Below, in pieces: positions 59,750 to 64,000 of a stretch of 64,000 nucleotides of DNA. Origin of the DNA: the human T2T-CHM13v2.0 reference genome, Homo sapiens. Under the pieces are notes generated by a model, which was not told the DNA's origin, made no database searches, and worked only from the letters and a program-made list of their open reading frames with translations. The stretch's first letter is position 1. Every line of letters begins with the position of its first letter. The stretch is from NCBI RefSeq assembly GCF_009914755.1, contig NC_060940.1. The stretch is one strand, 5' to 3'. The translations under genes were made by a program, and so were the position numbers.

Positions 59750-60813
59750 TCACTATCTCCATTGGACAGACAGGAAACGACCATTTCGAGACTTTGGGGA
59801 GGGATTGAGCCATTGTAACCCTGGCTGTTGAAGACCCTGGCAATCTTGGTCACTTGCTCCTCCTGGGGGCTCTCTTGGGTCCTGTCTAACCAGCCAGCCC
59901 TGAGGCCTTTCCCCAGGACTGACTTTTGGGACCTAAAGCAGCCTCAGCCAGACCTAGAGGCCGGGCAGCAGGAAATGGCCAATGGCCCTTTGCTTTCTAG
60001 GCCCAGCTAAAGGAAGTCTGGCACTTCCTCTCCTCAATTATGCAGTTTCTAAGGTGGGCAAGGTACTGAGTGTGCTCCTGCCGGACCTCTTTGCTGATCA
60101 GTCAAGGCTTACTTCTCCAAGACACCCCCAAGTATTTTTTGTTTTCTAGATGAAGGGGAAGAAGGAAGTTGGGGAGGGGATCACTGTGCCCAGGGGGCCT
60201 GCAGGGTCATACTTGCTTCCTGGACTTCTCTGGTTTCCCGGCATCCTGGAGCCAGATGCCTTTACTTCACCTCTCTGAGCCTTGGTTTCCTCATCTGTAA
60301 AATGGGGATGAGCCTGGTAGCCACCTTGTGGAATGGATGTAAGGTTTAGACATGGGCAAAATGCCAAGCACAGGCCGTGGCATGGAGCCAGGGCCTCTGT
60401 CAGCTCTGAGCTGTGGGCTTGGTGGTGAACTAGCCACACAGGGCTTCAGAGGAAGTTCAAGATTTGGAGGGCGCTCGGGATCCCAGTGAGGCTGCCACAT
60501 ATTTGGCTCTAGCCCCTTCTGCCCGTGAACACACATCAGGAGGGGAGGAGAGGGGCCCGGAGCACAGCCTGTAGCTGTGAAACCGAAGGAGAGGAGCAAC
60601 AAGACTCACAAAGTCTCATAAGGCCTGTTCCAGAGTGAGGAGGCCCCATACAGAGCTCACCTGAAGTCCCCCCCAGCAGAAGACTCAAAGCCCAGAGCCC
60701 CCTGCCTTAATGGTAACAATATTATCGACATTGTTATTATTTTCAGCTATTACTGATCTACTCTGAGCTGGGTGCTTCACATAATTTACCTTTTTTTACA
60801 GTAACACAGAAGT

Positions 60814-60926
60814 AGGGTGATCAACTCGTCCGTGTTTGCCTGGGGACTTCCCCAGTTTTAAAATGGAAAGTCCCCCATCCTAAGCACCCCCTCCATCCCA
60901 ATTTTTCTGGGATGGCTGGTCACCCT
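60814..60926. mobile_element. MER81-type non-autonomous hAT-Blackjack DNA transposon with two NF-kB sites
   Basis: Terminal inverted repeats AGGGTGATCAAC / GCTGGTCACCCT, ~113 bp long, degenerate 8-bp TSD ACAGAAGT/ACAGATGG. Confidence 0.82.
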
Positions 60927-61150
60927 ACAGATGGGAGGCTTTCCTATCTCCATTTCTAGGGTGAGGACCTGGATGCTCAGGAGAGCGGGTTGCCCCAGCT
61001 GGTCAGTTGCCTCACAGACGCTAAGTGGGAGGACAGGGTTTCCAGCCGGGTGTGTTCACCTGCAGAGTATTGGTGCTGTGCCCCCACACCACGCTGGCCC
61101 GGGTTTCTGGTATCTGGGCATAACCGAATCCCTGTCTTCCTCCCTTGTAG

Positions 61151-62153
61151 CTTGGAGACGAGACAGCACAGGCTGTTCTGTGCCGACCCGAAGGAGCAAT
61201 GGGTCAAGGACGCGATGCAGCATCTGGACCGCCAGGCTGCTGCCCTAACTCGAAATGGCGGCACCTTCGAGAAGCAGATCGGCGAGGTGAAGCCCAGGAC
61301 CACCCCTGCCGCCGGGGGAATGGACGAGTCTGTGGTCCTGGAGCCCGAAGCCACAGGCGAAAGCAGTAGCCTGGAGCCGACTCCTTCTTCCCAGGAAGCA
61401 CAGAGGGCCCTGGGGACCTCCCCAGAGCTGCCGACGGGCGTGACTGGTTCCTCAGGGACCAGGCTCCCCCCGACGCCAAAGGCTCAGGATGGAGGGCCTG
61501 TGGGCACGGAGCTTTTCCGAGTGCCTCCCGTCTCCACTGCCGCCACGTGGCAGAGTTCTGCTCCCCACCAACCTGGGCCCAGCCTCTGGGCTGAGGCAAA
61601 GACCTCTGAGGCCCCGTCCACCCAGGACCCCTCCACCCAGGCCTCCACTGCGTCCTCCCCAGCCCCAGAGGAGAATGCTCCGTCTGAAGGCCAGCGTGTG
61701 TGGGGTCAGGGACAGAGCCCCAGGCCAGAGAACTCTCTGGAGCGGGAGGAGATGGGTCCCGTGCCAGCGCACACGGATGCCTTCCAGGACTGGGGGCCTG
61801 GCAGCATGGCCCACGTCTCTGTGGTCCCTGTCTCCTCAGAAGGGACCCCCAGCAGGGAGCCAGTGGCTTCAGGCAGCTGGACCCCTAAGGCTGAGGAACC
61901 CATCCATGCCACCATGGACCCCCAGAGGCTGGGCGTCCTTATCACTCCTGTCCCTGACGCCCAGGCTGCCACCCGGAGGCAGGCGGTGGGGCTGCTGGCC
62001 TTCCTTGGCCTCCTCTTCTGCCTGGGGGTGGCCATGTTCACCTACCAGAGCCTCCAGGGCTGCCCTCGAAAGATGGCAGGAGAGATGGCGGAGGGCCTTC
62101 GCTACATCCCCCGGAGCTGTGGTAGTAATTCATATGTCCTGGTGCCCGTGTGA
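61151..62153 (+). CDS. CX3CL1: CX3CL1 exon 3 CDS (end of chemokine domain, mucin stalk, TM helix, cytoplasmic tail)
   Basis: Acceptor TCCCTTGTAG; LETRQHRLFCADPKEQWVKDAM...AVGLLAFLGLLFCLGVAMF...NSYVLVPV*; spliced CDS 70+121+1003=1194 nt, 397 aa. Confidence 0.99.
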
Positions 62154-64000
62154 ACTCCTCTGGCCTGTGTCTAGTTGTTTGATTCAGACAGCTGCCTGGG
62201 ATCCCTCATCCTCATACCCACCCCCACCCAAGGGCCTGGCCTGAGCTGGGATGATTGGAGGGGGGAGGTGGGATCCTCCAGGTGCACAAGCTCCAAGCTC
62301 CCAGGCATTCCCCAGGAGGCCAGCCTTGACCATTCTCCACCTGCCAGGGACAGAGGGGGTGGCCTCCCAACTCACCCCAGCCCCAAAACTCTCCTCTGCT
62401 GCTGGCTGGTTAGAGGTTCCCTTTGACGCCATCCCAGCCCCAATGAACAATTATTTATTAAATGCCCAGCCCCTTCTGACCCATGCTGCCCTGTGAGTAC
62501 TACAGTCCTCCCATCTCACACATGAGCATCAGGCCAGGCCCTCTGCCCACTCCCTGCAACCTGATTGTGTCTCTTGGTCCTGCTGCAGTTGCCAGTCACC
62601 CCGGCCACCTGCGGTGCTATCTCCCCCAGCCCCATCCTCTGTACAGAGCCCACGCCCCCACTGGTGACATGTCTTTTCTTGCATGAGGCTAGTGTGGTGT
62701 TTCCTGGCACTGCTTCCAGTGAGGCTCTGCCCTTGGTTAGGCATTGTGGGAAGGGGAGATAAGGGTATCTGGTGACTTTCCTCTTTGGTCTACACTGTGC
62801 TGAGTCTGAAGGCTGGGTTCTGATCCTAGTTCCACCATCAAGCCACCAACATACTCCCATCTGTGAAAGGAAAGAGGGAGGTAAGGAATACCTGTCCCCC
62901 TGACAACACTCATTGACCTGAGGCCCTTCTCTCCAGCCCCTGGATGCAGCCTCACAGTCCTTACCAGCAGAGCACCTTAGACAGTCCCTGCCAATGGACT
63001 AACTTGTCTTTGGACCCTGAGGCCCAGAGGGCCTGCAAGGGAGTGAGTTGATAGCACAGACCCTGCCCTGTGGGCCCCCAAATGGAAATGGGCAGAGCAG
63101 AGACCATCCCTGAAGGCCCCGCCCAGGCTTAGTCACTGAGACAGCCCGGGCTCTGCCTCCCATCACCCGCTAAGAGGGAGGGAGGGCTCCAGACACATGT
63201 CCAAGAAGCCCAGGAAAGGCTCCAGGAGCAGCCACATTCCTGATGCTTCTTCAGAGACTCCTGCAGGCAGCCAGGCCACAAGACCCTTGTGGTCCCACCC
63301 CACACACGCCAGATTCTTTCCTGAGGCTGGGCTCCCTTCCCACCTCTCTCACTCCTTGAAAACACTGTTCTCTGCCCTCCAAGACCTTCTCCTTCACCTT
63401 TGTCCCCACCGCAGACAGGACCAGGGATTTCCATGATGTTTTCCATGAGTCCCCTGTTTGTTTCTGAAAGGGACGCTACCCGGGAAGGGGGCTGGGACAT
63501 GGGAAAGGGGAAGTTGTAGGCATAAAGTCAGGGGTTCCCTTTTTTGGCTGCTGAAGGCTCGAGCATGCCTGGATGGGGCTGCACCGGCTGGCCTGGCCCC
63601 TCAGGGTCCCTGGTGGCAGCTCACCTCTCCCTTGGATTGTCCCCGACCCTTGCCGTCTACCTGAGGGGCCTCTTATGGGCTGGGTTCTACCCAGGTGCTA
63701 GGAACACTCCTTCACAGATGGGTGCTTGGAGGAAGGAAACCCAGCTCTGGTCCATAGAGAGCAAGACGCTGTGCTGCCCTGCCCACCTGGCCTCTGCACT
63801 CCCCTGCTGGGTGTGGCGCAGCATATTCAGGAAGCTCAGGGCCTGGCTCAGGTGGGGTCACTCTGGCAGCTCAGAGAGGGTGGGAGTGGGCCCAATGCAC
63901 TTTGTTCTGGCTCTTCCAGGCTGGGAGAGCCTTCCAGGGGTGGGACACCCTGTGATGGGGCCCTGCCTCCTTTGTGAGGAAGCCGCTGGGGCCAGTTGGT
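62154..64000 (+). other. CX3CL1: CX3CL1 3'UTR (continues past the window end)
   Basis: Non-repetitive sequence after the stop; I saw no AATAAA before the window end; the known ~3.3 kb mRNA would extend beyond it. Confidence 0.8.
62451..62462 (+). promoter_or_regulatory. CX3CL1: AU-rich element nonamer overlapping an ATTAAA poly(A) signal variant
   Basis: TTATTTATT 62451-62459; ATTAAA 62457-62462. Confidence 0.7.

Noticed and set aside
60990-61150. N-terminal extension of the 387-aa ORF upstream of CX3CL1 exon 3
   Set aside because: Starts at TTG within intron 2; the real exon begins at the acceptor before 61151

Overview
Human genomic DNA from the chromosome 16q chemokine cluster. The right half holds two complete three-exon chemokine genes on the + strand. 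CCL22 (MDC) has CDS 37936-38008, 39556-39679, 42619-42703 (93 aa, Ala2 allele) and a ~2.6 kb Alu-containing 3'UTR. CX3CL1 (fractalkine) has CDS 51686-51755, 58755-58875, 61151-62153 (397 aa), and its 3'UTR runs off the window end. The left ~36 kb is AT-rich and almost all repeat: ancient fragmented L1M elements, dozens of Alus, MaLR and ERV1 solo LTRs, MER30, L2, and an RPL23A processed pseudogene split by an Alu. Nearly all other ORFs in the track are Alu- or low-complexity artefacts. I see no new protein-coding system. The best second-look candidates are regulatory or structural: a MER81-type DNA transposon in CX3CL1 intron 2 carrying paired NF-kB sites; a piece of CCL22 intron 2 (Alu half plus unique flank) duplicated into the CCL22 3'UTR; an ARE overlapping a poly(A) signal in CX3CL1; an AP-1-dense CX3CL1 intron 1 segment; a TSD-less Alu insertion with a target deletion; and a closely spaced inverted AluY-like pair. 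Repeat subfamily names and most repeat boundaries were assigned by eye from recalled consensus sequences and are approximate.
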